Shown: positions 1 to 9,880, counted from the first letter of the stretch. The stretch is 51,853 nt of DNA from Candidatus Krumholzibacteriia bacterium (GCA_041484665.1 JBGPIA010000024.1:1-51853), one strand, 5' to 3'. The notes: a model not told the origin generated them from the sequence alone. A program made the numbers and translations.

Positions 1-255
1 ACGGCTACGCAAGCGTCTTGCGGCGCCGGGTCGTGCGGCGCCACATCCTCGGTGACGTCGGCCGACTCGGCCACATCAGCGAACTCACCAGCTCGGCCAG
101 AGCGACCACATCGGCGAACTCGGCCAGTTCGGCCAACCCGGCCGCGTGGGCCACCTCGGCCATCTGGGCCATCTGGGCCGCCCCAGCCGCGTGGGCCACC
201 TCGGCCGCATCAGCTACGTCAGCGGCGTCCCGGCGCGCCAGGGCACGCCTTGCCG

Positions 256-1866
256 CTAGAGCCCCGCCAGCCTTCGCTCGACCTCGCGGCGCAGCGGCGC
301 CGCCAACTCCTCGGGCACGCGCGCGAGCGTGGGCTCCAAGAAACCGGCCACGATCTGGCGCACCGCCTCGTCGCGGGGAATCCCGCGCGACATCAGGTAG
401 AACAGCTCCTCGCGACTCACCGGCCCCACAGTGGCGCCGTGTTTGCACTGCACCTCGTCGATCTGGATCTCCAGCTCGGGAATGCTCTCGGCGCGCGCGT
501 GCTCGGAAAGCAGGAGATTGCGATTCTCCTGATACGCTTCGCTGTAGGGCGCGCCATGCTCGATGCGGATCAGCCCCGTATACGCCGAGCGGCCCTTGCC
601 CGTCAGCACTGTCTTGAAGTTCAGGTTGCTGTTGGTGTGGGGCGCGGTGTGGCGCACCTCCGTGTGGTGGTCGAAGTGCTGCCGGCCGGATCCGAACAGG
701 AAGCCGAACATCTCGCTGCGCGCGCCTTGGCTACCCAGCAGCACGCCGATATCGACCTTGGAGGACTTCGCCCCGAAGGACGTGAGCAGTATCAGGACGG
801 TGGCGTCGCGACCGAGCTCGATGCGCTGGGTCGAATGGCTCACGGCGGTGGCGCCCAGTCGCTGCGTAAGCACGTACCGCAGCCGGCTGCCCGAGCCCGC
901 TACGATCTCGGTTACGGCCTGGTACGCGAGAGAGCTGTCCGCGCTGTCCGAAGTGATGCGCCCAGCGGCGCTTGTGGTGCCGGCGGCGGTCGCCACGCCG
1001 GCGGTGCCAGCGGCGCTTGTGGTGCCGGCGGCGGTCGCCACGCCGGCGGTGCCAGCGGCGCCTGTGGTGCCGGCAGCGGTCGCCACGCCAGCGGTACCAG
1101 CGGTACCCGCGGTGCCAGCCTCGTCCCCCAGCTGCTCCTCGATCAGCGTTGCCGCCGCACCGTCGTCGAGAATCATCAGCAGGCGCGGCGCGCGCAACTG
1201 CGCGCCCTCGTCGCCGTGGAGCACAACGTGGATGGGCCCGGCGAGCTCCACGCCGCGCGGTACGTACACGAAAACGCCGCCCTCCCAGAGGGCCGTATTA
1301 CGCGCCTCGGCGCGGCCGTGCGCGGCACCTACGAGGCGCGTGAGGTGGGCGCGCACACGGTCGGCCTGCGTCCGGTCGCGCGCGGCCGCGTGTAGATCGA
1401 CCACGACCACGCCCGCCTGGCGGGCAGCCTCGCCCAGCACGACCGCGCACCTCGCTCCGTCGACGACGGCGGTGGCGCTCAGCTCACCCCTCTGCAGCGC
1501 CGACTCCAGGTGGCCGGGAAGACCCCGTCCGACACGGGCAGCCGGACCGGATGCGACGACCCTCGGGGATGCTCCGTGTCCCGCGACCGCCGACGCGGTG
1601 GCCGCGGTAGCCCGCGGAGCGGCCGCCGACGTAGCGATCGCGGCCGCCGCTGCCGATGCCGATGCGAGCGCAGGCTCCAGCTCGAACCACTGCGGGTCGC
1701 TGTAGCGCCACAGGTGGGTGGCGCGGTCGGGTGCGGGCATCTCGAGCAGCTTGGCCCACGCCGCCACCCGCAGCTCCGCCAACCAGGGCGGCTCGCCGAA
1801 TACGGCAGCCAGGCCCCGCACCCCTTCGGCGCCTGCCACGGGCGCCATCTCGCTCATCGCTGCCAT
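256..1866 (-). CDS. sufD: Fe-S cluster assembly protein SufD
   Basis: SufBD-family motifs ([49 protein letters not shown]); follows sufB. The ORF is open to 1998, but 1867-1998 is heptamer-repeat DNA, so a start at 1866 or 1857 is preferred. Start uncertain. Confidence 0.9.
   Translation of the reverse strand: MAAMSEMAPVAGAEGVRGLAAVFGEPPWLAELRVAAWAKLLEMPAPDRATHLWRYSDPQWFELEPALASASAAAAAIATSAAAPRATAATASAVAGHGASPRVVASGPAARVGRGLPGHLESALQRGELSATAVVDGARCAVVLGEAARQAGVVVVDLHAAARDRTQADRVRAHLTRLVGAAHGRAEARNTALWEGGVFVYVPRGVELAGPIHVVLHGDEGAQLRAPRLLMILDDGAAATLIEEQLGDEAGTAGTAGTAGVATAAGTTGAAGTAGVATAAGTTSAAGTAGVATAAGTTSAAGRITSDSADSSLAYQAVTEIVAGSGSRLRYVLTQRLGATAVSHSTQRIELGRDATVLILLTSFGAKSSKVDIGVLLGSQGARSEMFGFLFGSGRQHFDHHTEVRHTAPHTNSNLNFKTVLTGKGRSAYTGLIRIEHGAPYSEAYQENRNLLLSEHARAESIPELEIQIDEVQCKHGATVGPVSREELFYLMSRGIPRDEAVRQIVAGFLEPTLARVPEELAAPLRREVERRLAGL
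962..1120. repeat. 45-nt tandem repeat x3 (two identical) plus 9-nt subrepeats, in-frame inside sufD
   Basis: CCAGCGGCGCTTGTGGTGCCGGCGGCGGTCGCCACGCCGGCGGTG at 962 and 1007, variant at 1052; encodes GTAGVATAAGTT(S/G)AA repeats. Confidence 0.95.
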
Positions 1867-1906
1867 CTGCCCGCTGCCCTCTCCCGGTTCGCGCCGGCCC
1901 ACTGCC

Positions 1907-1948
1907 AAGCTCCGACTCCCGAGCTCCGACTGCCGAGCTCCGACTTCC
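1907..1948. repeat. 14-nt (2x heptamer) tandem repeat x3 between sufB and the likely sufD start
   Basis: AAGCTCCGACTCCC / GAGCTCCGACTGCC / GAGCTCCGACTTCC. Confidence 0.85.
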
Positions 1949-2022
1949 CGCCCATGCTCGTTCGCCGTTCGCCGCTCGCTCACCGTCGGCCAGTCCATTG
2001 CTCCCGACGACGCAGACGGCGC

Positions 2023-3552
2023 TCAGCCCACCGAGCCCTCCATCTCCATCTGGATGAGGCGGTTGAGCTCCACCGCGTACTCCATGGGCAACGCCTTGGT
2101 GAACGGCTCGATGAAGCCGTTGACGATGAGCAGCCGCGCCTCGTCGGCGCTGATACCGCGGCTCATCAGATAGAAGAGCTGCTCGTCACCCACCTTGCTC
2201 ACGCGCGCCTCGTGCTCGACCTGGGTGCGGTCCTCAGCGATCTCCATGGTCGGGTACGTGTCCGACCGGGACTTGTCGTCGAGGATGAGCGCGTCGCACT
2301 GCACGCTCACCTTGCAGTCCACTGCCTTGGGATAGACCTTCACCAGGCCGCGGTAGCTCGCACGGCCGCCGTCCTTGCTGATGCTCTTGCTGGTGATGGT
2401 CGAGGTCGTGCGCGGCGCGGCATGGATCACCTTCGCGCCCGCGTCCTGGTGCTGGCCCGCTCCCGCGAACGCCACCGACAGGATCTCGCCCTTGGCCCCC
2501 TCGCCCATCAAGTAGATGCAAGGGAACTTCATCGTGAGCTTGCTGCCGATGTTGCCGTCGACCCACTCGACGGTGGCGTTCTTGTAGGCTACCGCCCGCT
2601 TGGTCACCAGGTTGTAGATGTTATTCGACCAGTTCTGGATGGTCGTGTACCGGATATACGCGCCCGGCATCGCGATCAGCTCGACCACGGCCGAGTGCAG
2701 CGAGTCCGTCGTGTAGACGGGCGCGGTGCAGCCCTCGATGTAGTGCACGCGCGAGCCCTCGTCGGCGATGATGAGCGTACGCTCGAACTGCCCGGCGTTC
2801 TCGGCGTTGATGCGGAAGTACGCCTGCAGCGGGATATCTACGTGCACGCCCTTGGGCACGTAGATGAACGAGCCGCCCGACCACACCGCGCTGTTGAGCG
2901 CCGCGAACTTGTTGTCCGCGGACGGGATCACGGTGCCGAAGTACTGCTTCACCAGCTCGGGATGATCGCGCAGGCCCTGGTCCATGCTCAGGAAGACAAT
3001 GCCCTGCTCCTCCAGCTCCTTCTTCACGGAGTGGTAGACGACCTCGCTCTCGTACTGCGCCGAGACGCCGGCGAGGAACTTCCGCTCCGCCTCCGGGATC
3101 CCCAGCCGGTCGAAGGTCTTCTTGATCCGGTCGGGGACGTCCTCCCAGCTCGTGCCCTCAACGGCCATGGGCTTGATGTAGTAGTAGATGTTGTCGAAAT
3201 CGATGCTGCTCAACAGCTCGGTGTTGCCCCAGGTCGGCATGGGTTTGGACAGAAAGATGTCCAGCGCCGCGTGACGGTACCGGCGCATCCAGTCCGGCTC
3301 CTTCTTCATGCGGCTGATCATCTCGACGACCTCGTGGTTGACCCCCCGGGCACCCTTGTGGAAGTACTCCTCGGGATCGTGGAAGCCCCAGCGGCTGGCA
3401 TAGTCGTCGCGGATGTTGACGCTCTGCTTGGCATGGAGCGCGCTGGGCTCGCTGCCGGGCGTAGCGCTGGGCAAGGGATCAGGGCTCGCACTGATCCTGA
3501 CGCTCGCGTCCGCGCTGGCGGCGATGGGCACGCTCTCCTGGAAACTGGCCAT
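2023..3552 (-). CDS. sufB: Fe-S cluster assembly protein SufB
   Basis: [56 protein letters not shown]...EGSVG; AGGAAGG SD before ATG 3552 (alternative 3561). Confidence 0.97.
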   Translation of the reverse strand: MASFQESVPIAASADASVRISASPDPLPSATPGSEPSALHAKQSVNIRDDYASRWGFHDPEEYFHKGARGVNHEVVEMISRMKKEPDWMRRYRHAALDIFLSKPMPTWGNTELLSSIDFDNIYYYIKPMAVEGTSWEDVPDRIKKTFDRLGIPEAERKFLAGVSAQYESEVVYHSVKKELEEQGIVFLSMDQGLRDHPELVKQYFGTVIPSADNKFAALNSAVWSGGSFIYVPKGVHVDIPLQAYFRINAENAGQFERTLIIADEGSRVHYIEGCTAPVYTTDSLHSAVVELIAMPGAYIRYTTIQNWSNNIYNLVTKRAVAYKNATVEWVDGNIGSKLTMKFPCIYLMGEGAKGEILSVAFAGAGQHQDAGAKVIHAAPRTTSTITSKSISKDGGRASYRGLVKVYPKAVDCKVSVQCDALILDDKSRSDTYPTMEIAEDRTQVEHEARVSKVGDEQLFYLMSRGISADEARLLIVNGFIEPFTKALPMEYAVELNRLIQMEMEGSVG

Positions 3553-3640
3553 GGTCGTCATCCTTCCTGATGATCGCGTGATCGGGTTGCGGCGCGCGCA
3601 ATCGGGACTCGGCTCGCGCGATCGCCCCGAAAGCCGCCGG

Positions 3641-4411
3641 TCACCCTTCGTTGGCGGCGAAGACCTGCTTCTCGATCCACTCGTAACCCTTCTCCTCGAG
3701 CTCACGCGCGAAGTCGGGGCCGCCCGAGCGGACGATCCGACCGTCCATCAGCACGTGGACCTGATCGGGCGTCACGTAGCTCAGGATGCGCTGGTAGTGG
3801 GTAACCAGCAGGACGCCCATCTCGCTGCCGGCAACGCGGTTGATCCCCTCACTGACGAGTCTCAGCGCGTCGATATCGAGGCCCGAGTCGGTCTCGTCGA
3901 GCAGGGCGACCTTGGGCTGCAGCATCGCCATCTGCAGGATCTCCAGACGCTTCTTCTCGCCGCCGGAGAAGCCGTCGTTGACATAGCGGCCGGCAAAGCC
4001 CTTGTCGATCTCCAGCAACCCGAACTGCTCCATGAGCCCCTGGCGGAACTCGCGCACGGGCACGTCGCCGCCGCGTTGCGCCTTGATGGCTGCGCGCAAG
4101 AAGTTCGCCACGCTCACGCCCGGAATGGCGGTGGGGTACTGGAACGCCAGAAACAGCCCCTTGCGCGCCCGCTCATCGGCGGGCATCCCCAGCAGCTCCT
4201 CGCCGTCGAGCCGCACCGAGCCTCCCGTCACCTGGTAGGCGGGGTGACCCATCAGGGCGTAGGTCAGCGTGCTCTTGCCCGACCCGTTGGGCCCCATGAT
4301 GGCGATCTTCTGGCCGCGATCGAGGGTCAGGGAGAGTCCCTTGATGATCTGCTTGCCATCGATCGAGGCGTGCAGGTCGCGGATCTCGAGCAGGTGCGCC
4401 GTTGCGCTCAT
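3641..4411 (-). CDS. sufC: Fe-S cluster assembly ATPase SufC
   Basis: Walker [45 protein letters not shown]. Confidence 0.97.
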   Translation of the reverse strand: MSATAHLLEIRDLHASIDGKQIIKGLSLTLDRGQKIAIMGPNGSGKSTLTYALMGHPAYQVTGGSVRLDGEELLGMPADERARKGLFLAFQYPTAIPGVSVANFLRAAIKAQRGGDVPVREFRQGLMEQFGLLEIDKGFAGRYVNDGFSGGEKKRLEILQMAMLQPKVALLDETDSGLDIDALRLVSEGINRVAGSEMGVLLVTHYQRILSYVTPDQVHVLMDGRIVRSGGPDFARELEEKGYEWIEKQVFAANEG

Positions 4412-4418
4412 GGGCCGT

Positions 4419-5243
4419 TCACTCCTTGCGGTTCGTCGTCGCCGTCGTGGCTGAGATCGTCGTCGCGGTCGGTGCCGGTGCGGTCGCTGACGCCGTCGGC
4501 GCAGTCGCCGGCGCGTTTTGCACGGTTGGCTTCACGGTCGGCGCCGTCGCGGTCACGGTCGGTGCGGTTGCCGTCGCGGTCGGTGCGGTCGCCGTCGCGG
4601 TCGGTGCGGCCGCGGTCGGTGCGGCCGCGGTCGGTGCCACCTTCGCCAGCGATCCTGTTCGGATGGCCGGCCCGACACCGGTCGGCGGTGCCATGCCGAG
4701 GTCCATCGGCAGCAGCGCACCGCGGACTGGCAGCGGGCCGGTAGCAGAGCCGACGAGGCTCGCGTGCAGCGGCAGTGCCACCTCGCCGGCGATCCGGGCG
4801 CGCTGCTCCAGCAGCGTAAGGATCGCCTCGCCACTGAGCAAATTGGCCAGCGTCGTGTGAGCGAGGGCGTCGGCGATCAGCGTCTCGAGCACCCCCCACA
4901 ACGACCGCAGCTGACAGCCCAGTCCGATGTGGACGCACTCGTCTTCGGTCCCGTGGTGGCGGTCGCAGAAGCTGCCCTCGAACAGGTGGTCACCGAGGGC
5001 GGCCAGGACCTCGCTCACGCGGATCTCGCCTGCCGGACGCGGGAGCAGATAACCCCCGCTACGTCCCCGGACGCTGTCCACCAAACCGGCCCCGCGCAAA
5101 CGCGCCATCAGCTTGCCCACATACGGCAACGAGAGAGCCTCGCGCTCCGCGATGTCCGCGAGCGTCAGCGACTCCCCAGGGCCGATACGGGCCAGCTGGA
5201 GCATGCAGCGGAGGCCATACTCTTCCTGTGCGGTGATCTTCAT
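4419..5243 (-). CDS. Rrf2-family (IscR/SufR-like) transcription regulator with Ala/Thr/Pro low-complexity tail
   Basis: MKITAQEEYGLR, SVRGRSGGY wing motif, three Cys (FC..EC..GC); first gene of the suf operon. Confidence 0.9.
   Translation of the reverse strand: MKITAQEEYGLRCMLQLARIGPGESLTLADIAEREALSLPYVGKLMARLRGAGLVDSVRGRSGGYLLPRPAGEIRVSEVLAALGDHLFEGSFCDRHHGTEDECVHIGLGCQLRSLWGVLETLIADALAHTTLANLLSGEAILTLLEQRARIAGEVALPLHASLVGSATGPLPVRGALLPMDLGMAPPTGVGPAIRTGSLAKVAPTAAAPTAAAPTATATAPTATATAPTVTATAPTVKPTVQNAPATAPTASATAPAPTATTISATTATTNRKE
4430..4640. repeat. Degenerate 15/21-nt repeats encoding the TAAAP/TATATAP tail of Rrf2
   Basis: Repeated GCGGTCGGTGCG units. Confidence 0.85.
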
Positions 5244-5345
5244 GCTCGCTGCCCGGAGGTCTTCATGCCGGCTGGCTGGAGATCCTCATGCTCGATGTGC
5301 GGAGGTCCTCATGTTCGCCGCCTCGAGGTCTTACTGCCGGTTGGG
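5231..5345. repeat. 23-nt degenerate tandem repeat x5, one unit overlapping the rrf2 start codon
   Basis: CGGTGATCTTCATGCTCGCTGCC / CGGAGGTCTTCATGCCGGCTGGC / TGGAGATCCTCATGCTCGATGTG / CGGAGGTCCTCATGTTCGCCGCC / TCGAGGTCTTACTGCCGGTTGGG. Confidence 0.9.
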
Positions 5346-5476
5346 TGGCGCAACGGCTCGGCCGCTCTCGGTCGCGGCTATCACCATTGCCCTTCTAGGG
5401 CGCGGTCGCCCGTGTCCCTGGTCGCAGACGTTCGTTCCCGCCGTTCTCATTCCTCGAGAACCGTCGGCACCCCTTA

Positions 5477-5504
5477 AAACTAGAAACATATACCGACTTG
5501 TCAA
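5477..5504 (-). promoter_or_regulatory. Putative sigma70 promoter of the rrf2-suf operon with an overlapping Rrf2-type operator candidate
   Basis: Minus strand TTGACA-N16-TAGTTT in an AT-rich island; imperfect dyad ATTCTTGAC/AGTCGGTAT overlaps the -35. Confidence 0.6.
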
Positions 5505-5554
5505 GAATAAATCCAGGACGCGGCGATACAGGTTCCCGATCCTGTCAATGGACG

Positions 5555-5579
5555 TAAACAATTGTAATTAAACATTTTA
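5555..5579. promoter_or_regulatory. AT-rich TAA-N19-TTA element, IHF-like site candidate
   Basis: TAAACAATTGTAATTAAACATTTTA about 50 bp upstream of the suf -35. Confidence 0.35.
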
Positions 5580-5720
5580 TGTTGGTAGCTGCGTCTACAG
5601 CGAGCGAGCAACCCCGCCGGCTGCGCGAGAGGCTCGCCGGGGCCGGAGCGGACCTCGCGCCTTGCCGGGGAGCCGGCCTTGCATCCGGGGGACGGGCAAC
5701 GCCCCCATCGGGACGTAGGA

Positions 5721-5864
5721 GGAACCTTGCGGAGTCTGGGAGACGGCTCGGCGCCACCCTGGCAGACGACTCTGGGCGACCCTCGGGACGGCCCTGCGGA
5801 ATCTCAGAAATGGCTCTGCGTAACCCTCGGAACGGCCCTGCGAGACTTTGGAAGCGCCCCCGCG
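5721..5864. repeat. 11-nt (22-nt super-period) degenerate intergenic array
   Basis: ACGGCCCTGCG / GAATCTCAGAA / ATGGCTCTGCG / TAACCCTCGGA / ACGGCCCTGCG. Confidence 0.7.
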
Positions 5865-6074
5865 GCAAGGGGGTGGGAGGCCGACCCCGTAGAGGCTCGG
5901 GGATGGCCCGGCGGGATCTTGGAGACGGTGGGTCGGGAGCCGCAGCCGACCATGGGGTGCATGGGTCCCGAGCGAGAGGGCGGGAAGGGGCGAAGGGACG
6001 TACGCCCCAGTGGGGGACCATCCGACCCGACAGCAGCGCCCGCGTCCGTGCCCGCCGCGTGACATTCTACGGCC

Positions 6075-6184
6075 GTGCTTCGGGAGCGACTTCGGCGCGG
6101 CTCCATCGTCGTTGCAATGCAGCCTCGCCGTGGTTTCGGCGCGACTTCGGCGTCGCTCCATCGTCGTTGCAACGCGACTTCGCC
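6075..6184. repeat. 11-nt degenerate intergenic array (10 units)
   Basis: GCGACTTCGGC / GCGGCTCCATC / GTCGTTGCAAT / GCAGCCTCGCC / GTGGTTTCGGC / GCGACTTCGGC / GTCGCTCCATC / GTCGTTGCAAC / GCGACTTCGCC. Confidence 0.85.
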
Positions 6185-6221
6185 CGGTGGCCGTGCTCCC
6201 GCGCGCGGCTGCCAGCGGCGG

Positions 6222-6488
6222 TTACAAGTGCAGGATCCGCTCGTCGCCCCACTGCGAGATGCGCTTGATCTCGTGGAAGGGAATCACTTGATCCACGGGT
6301 TGGGGCTCGTTCTTCTTGGGCGCGGTGAAGCTCAGACGGACGTAGTCGGAGCCGAGCTCCACGATCTTGGCCCGGTAGGTCTCCATGCGGATGACCTCCT
6401 TGAGCATCGTCTCCGCGAAGCTCTGCGGATTGACGACGGTCACCTCCGTGTCGAGCCATTTCAGCAACACGTCGCGCATGCTGACCAT
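6222..6488 (-). CDS. Small hypothetical protein (88 aa), possible Sm-like beta-barrel fold
   Basis: High-GC3 codon usage; SD-like GGAGGG upstream of ATG 6488; pattern of helix, EVTVV, YRAKIVELGSDYVRL, VIPFHEIKRI. Confidence 0.75.
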   Translation of the reverse strand: MVSMRDVLLKWLDTEVTVVNPQSFAETMLKEVIRMETYRAKIVELGSDYVRLSFTAPKKNEPQPVDQVIPFHEIKRISQWGDERILHL

Positions 6489-6514
6489 AGAGACCCGCCC
6501 TCCGCGCGGAGCGC

Positions 6515-7429
6515 TCAACCCTCCAGCTTTTGAATCCATCCTATGACCTGCCTGTATGCCTGTTCCCCCTCGGCCATGAGATTGCCATCGGGGCCGAAAA
6601 TTTTGAAGTGCGGAACCGATTCCAACCTGTATTGGCGCGCCACCGGGGAGGCCCAGTCGATGCCGCGTACGCCGGGGCGATTGATGTCGACCCGGACCAC
6701 GGACAGATCGGAGCGGGACTGATCCAGCTTGTCCAGGAACGGCGAGATCTTGCGGCAAGGCCCGCAGAACTCGCTGTAGAAATCGAAAACCGTGTACGCG
6801 CCCGGTACGACGTATTCCCTGATGTCGACCTCCGCCCCGAACGCCACATTCCCGTGGGCCTCCTTGTGGGCGGTCTTCGGCTCAGCGACGCCTGTGGCGC
6901 GCGCAGCCTGCTTCTTCTGCGCGGCCTCGATCTCGTCGAGCATCTGGCCGATCGGAGCCCCTGGTTGGCCAGTCGCCTGAGCTGCACCTGGCTGCCCGGA
7001 GGTAGCTCCTTGTCCGGCGGGGGAGGCCGCTGCCCGCCCCGGAATCGACGCCACCGGTGCGGCCGCAGATGATGCCGTAGCGGGCGATGTCTCCGTCGAC
7101 GACGCCCCGGCTGCGGGCTCGGTGGCAGCGGGCTGGCCGGCAGCGGGCTCGGCCACCGCGGCGGAGGCAGTCGGCTGGGTGATCGGTTCCCCGGTCTTGG
7201 GCTGAGTGCCGTCGGACCTGGCGACGATGGAAGAGTTGCCGGGAGTGCCGGAATTGGCAGCCGTGCCAGAGCTGCCAGCGGCGCCGGAGTTGCCAGCGGC
7301 ACCAGAGTTGCGAGCGACCGCGTCGCCTGCACCGCTGCAGGCCATCAGCAGGAGGCCGGCGAGCGCCCAGGCCGCGGCCCACCCGCAGAGCGGAACCGCG
7401 AATCGGTGGGACGGTGACGAGGATCGCAT
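6515..7429 (-). CDS. Thioredoxin-domain lipoprotein with a long disordered N-terminal linker
   Basis: DFYSEFCGPCR CxxC motif and SVPHF cis-Pro motif; lipobox LLMAC; start at ATG 7429 inferred. Confidence 0.85.
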   Translation of the reverse strand: MRSSSPSHRFAVPLCGWAAAWALAGLLLMACSGAGDAVARNSGAAGNSGAAGSSGTAANSGTPGNSSIVARSDGTQPKTGEPITQPTASAAVAEPAAGQPAATEPAAGASSTETSPATASSAAAPVASIPGRAAASPAGQGATSGQPGAAQATGQPGAPIGQMLDEIEAAQKKQAARATGVAEPKTAHKEAHGNVAFGAEVDIREYVVPGAYTVFDFYSEFCGPCRKISPFLDKLDQSRSDLSVVRVDINRPGVRGIDWASPVARQYRLESVPHFKIFGPDGNLMAEGEQAYRQVIGWIQKLEG

Positions 7430-7589
7430 CGGGTCGCCTTTCGCTGCGCTCGGGCTCGGCACGTTGCCAGAGACTGCGACCGTCGATGCCGGCGCAGGTG
7501 TTCCGGCGGGGGCCAGCGTCCGCCGGGGCTGACCCGACCAGGGCTGACGCGAGAGCCCTTTGGCCAGGCATGATACCATGCAGGAACCG

Positions 7590-7700
7590 CGCCCGCACCC
7601 TGCGCCTCCAGGCCCGCACTCGGTTCACACCGGGCCCGCACCCTGCGCCTACGCGCCCGCGCCCAGGTCATGCGAGCCCGCGCCCCGCTCATACCGGCCC
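7590..7700. repeat. About 21-nt degenerate intergenic array
   Basis: GCCCGCACCCTGCGCCT-type units, 5 copies. Confidence 0.7.
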
Positions 7701-8045
7701 CCCCCCCCCCGTGCGTGCCGGTTCACCCAGCCTGCGTGCAGGTTCACCCCGCCTACGCGCCGGCGACATCGAAGCGCGCGTACCGGGCGCTCGCCCTTTC
7801 GGTGTCCAGCCGCCGTCGCACCGGCGTCCGGCCCGCGCACCGTCAGCACCGGGCCGCCGCCCCAGCCGTGCGCGGCCCACGTGAGGTCGGGGCTGCGCCC
7901 GACAGGATCTGGGCTCCCACTGCCGCGCTCTCCCGAGCACCCACACCCGCAACACTTGACGCCCGCGATCCGACCGACCCCTGGCGCCCGCGATCCGATC
8001 TACCCCCGGTCCGAGCTATACTTGAACACACCCCCGATATCAGAC

Positions 8046-8185
8046 CCCCGCTCGCCCCGGCCATGCTCGCCCGGGCCCTGCTGGTCCACGCCCGACTCCG
8101 CGTCCAGCCCCTGCTCGTCCAGGCCCTGCTCGTCCAGCCCCTGCTCGTCCAGGCCCCGCTCGTCCGGGCCCCGCTCGTCCAGCCC
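8046..8185. repeat. 15-nt tandem array upstream of ferredoxin
   Basis: CCCTGCTCGTCCAG(C/G) repeated about 8 times. Confidence 0.9.
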
Positions 8186-8391
8186 GCCGCGTCGAGACCC
8201 CGCCGCTGCGACCCGCTGCGCGTCGCAGGCTGGCTGGCGCTCCACCGTGACCGCACGTTGTATTCAGCGGGACTGCTCCGGCGCGGCTTGCATCCGCCGG
8301 CACTCGGGAATATCGTGCTCGCGCCTGCTGCGCCCACCGCTTCCGGATTGCGTCCCTCTCAGGTAACTCCTGCAGGATTCAAGGAGTGCTC

Positions 8392-8631
8392 GTGGCCGAT
8401 CCCACGGACAAGGTGCCCGACAACGTCACCGGCAAGTTCTACGTCGACTCCCAGTGCATCGACTGCGATCTCTGTCGGCAGACGGCACCCGCCAATTTCA
8501 TGCGCAACGAAGGAGCTGGGTACTCCTACGTGTTCCGCCAGCCTGACACCCCGAAGGAAGAGGCCCAATGCGTAGAGGCGATGGAGGAGTGCCCCGTCGA
8601 AGCGATCGGCAACGATGGGGGCGATTCCTGA
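8392..8631 (+). CDS. Ferredoxin (single 4Fe-4S cluster type)
   Basis: CIDCDLC...CPVEAI; AAGGAG SD before GTG 8392. Confidence 0.92.
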   Translation: MADPTDKVPDNVTGKFYVDSQCIDCDLCRQTAPANFMRNEGAGYSYVFRQPDTPKEEAQCVEAMEECPVEAIGNDGGDS

Positions 8632-8655
8632 ACGTTCAACGCGGGCCCCGAGCCG

Positions 8656-9393
8656 TCAAGACCGCGGCGGAATCCCGCGTTCAGTCTCGGAACGTTTCTC
8701 CATTGTCGGGTGCGCCAGTGTCCGGCCCCCCACGTCACCTCCCCGATTGTCTGTTCCTCCCGTAGAGCATTCCGCCCTGCTGTGCGACGCCGTGGCGCGT
8801 TCCGCCCTGGCGCAATCGGCACTCGCGGCGAAGCGCTGCTCTACGACCCTCCAGTTGATGTTGCGTAAGAACGCCTGGATATAGGCGCCGCGGCCGGTGG
8901 CGCCGTGGTCCACCATGTAGGCGTGCTCCCACACGTCCATGACGAGGATCGGCGTGAGTCCCACGGGGTGATGCAGGTCATGCTCGCCAATCCACCAATC
9001 CTGGAGCGCACCGCTGCCAGTGTCGTGGTAGGTCATGGCCCAGCCGATACCGCGCATCGCGCCCGTGGCAGCCAGATCCTCCAGCCACGCGCTGACGCCG
9101 CCCCACTGCTGGGCGACCTGCTCGGCCAACGCGCTCTGCGGGTCCAGCGTCAGCTCGGGCGCCAGGTTGCCGAAGTAGAGCTCGTGCAGCGCCACGCCGT
9201 TGAATTCGAAGGCCGCCCGTCGCTTGAGCTCCGACCACTCGCGCGCGCCCGGCTTTGCGGCGGCCAGAGCCTCGAACAGCTCGTTCGCGTTGACTACGTA
9301 GCCCTTGTACAGCTCCCAGTGCTGCTGGATCTGCGTGGGCGAGATCCCTCGCAACCCTGAAGGCTTGAGGCCCTCCTGGATGGAGAAACGCAT
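8656..9393 (-). CDS. Fe/Mn superoxide dismutase family protein
   Basis: QHWELYKGYV, NGVALHELYF, MDVWEHAY metal ligands; start ATG 9393 inferred; extended C-terminus. Confidence 0.9.
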   Translation of the reverse strand: MRFSIQEGLKPSGLRGISPTQIQQHWELYKGYVVNANELFEALAAAKPGAREWSELKRRAAFEFNGVALHELYFGNLAPELTLDPQSALAEQVAQQWGGVSAWLEDLAATGAMRGIGWAMTYHDTGSGALQDWWIGEHDLHHPVGLTPILVMDVWEHAYMVDHGATGRGAYIQAFLRNINWRVVEQRFAASADCARAERATASHSRAECSTGGTDNRGGDVGGRTLAHPTMEKRSETERGIPPRS

Positions 9394-9607
9394 CGTCGTT
9401 CCCGTCGGGGCGCCCATGCAGCTACGGTTGGCTTGCGGGGACGCAAGCGGGCGTGCGAAGTGAGGAGGCCGCTCCTTGGCAGCGGCCACTTCCGAGTAGG
9501 CTAGGGCCGAGACGCTCTGGTGGCAACCTGCGCCGTGGCGGCCCGACCTGCGCCAGAGCGCCAAGGCGCACAGTGGCCGCGTGGCAGTCCGATGGCTTAC
9601 CTTGGCG

Positions 9608-9848
9608 GCGGCCGGGGTGCGACTCAGGTCGGTCGTTGCAGTGGCTCAGATACGGCTCGGCTGCCGCTCAATTATCGCTCGGGCGGGTGCGGCGCGGGCT
9701 CGGGTGCGGCACGAGAACAGCGCGGCTGCGGCGCTGGTGCGGCACGGGTGAGGCGCTGGTGAGGCACGGGCGCGGCGCTGGTGCGGTACGGGCGCAGCGC
9801 TGGTGCGGCAGGGGTGCGGCTCGGCTGTGGATTACGTGCGGCTCTGGG
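9608..9848. repeat. 11-nt degenerate intergenic array (13 in-phase units at 9706-9848, 7 more at 9608-9684)
   Basis: GCGGCGCTGGT / GCGGCACGGGT / GAGGCGCTGGT / GAGGCACGGGC / GCGGCGCTGGT / GCGGTACGGGC / GCAGCGCTGGT. Confidence 0.9.
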
Positions 9849-9880
9849 CGCGGCGGTTTCGGGCGGGCCCCGGCGCGCGC

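Noticed and set aside
1..250. Minus-strand AEVA/AEFADV-like repetitive reading downstream of sufD
   Set aside because: May be the start of the next suf gene or another degenerate array. The repeat changes frame near position 88 and no domain is visible before the window edge.
52..3570. Long plus-strand ORFs 52-1395, 563-1705 and 1510-3570
   Set aside because: Antisense shadows of sufD/sufB typical of high-GC DNA, with no motifs.
5579..6268. Overlapping Arg/Pro/Gly-rich ORFs between the Sm-like gene and rrf2
   Set aside because: No codon bias or domains; the region is explained by the 11-nt arrays. No recognisable ncRNA.
7560..8366. ORFs with LLVQP/DEQGL repeats
   Set aside because: Translations of a 15-nt intergenic array in several frames, with no supported start.
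8629..8695. TGAACGTTCA palindrome and AACGCGGG/CCCGCGTT stem between ferredoxin and SOD
   Set aside because: Short, overlaps coding ends and lacks a U tract; not supportable as a terminator or operator.
9608..9848. Possible CRISPR array (27083-27196 and 28659-28758 also considered)
   Set aside because: Units are contiguous and degenerate, with no unique spacers and no cas genes.
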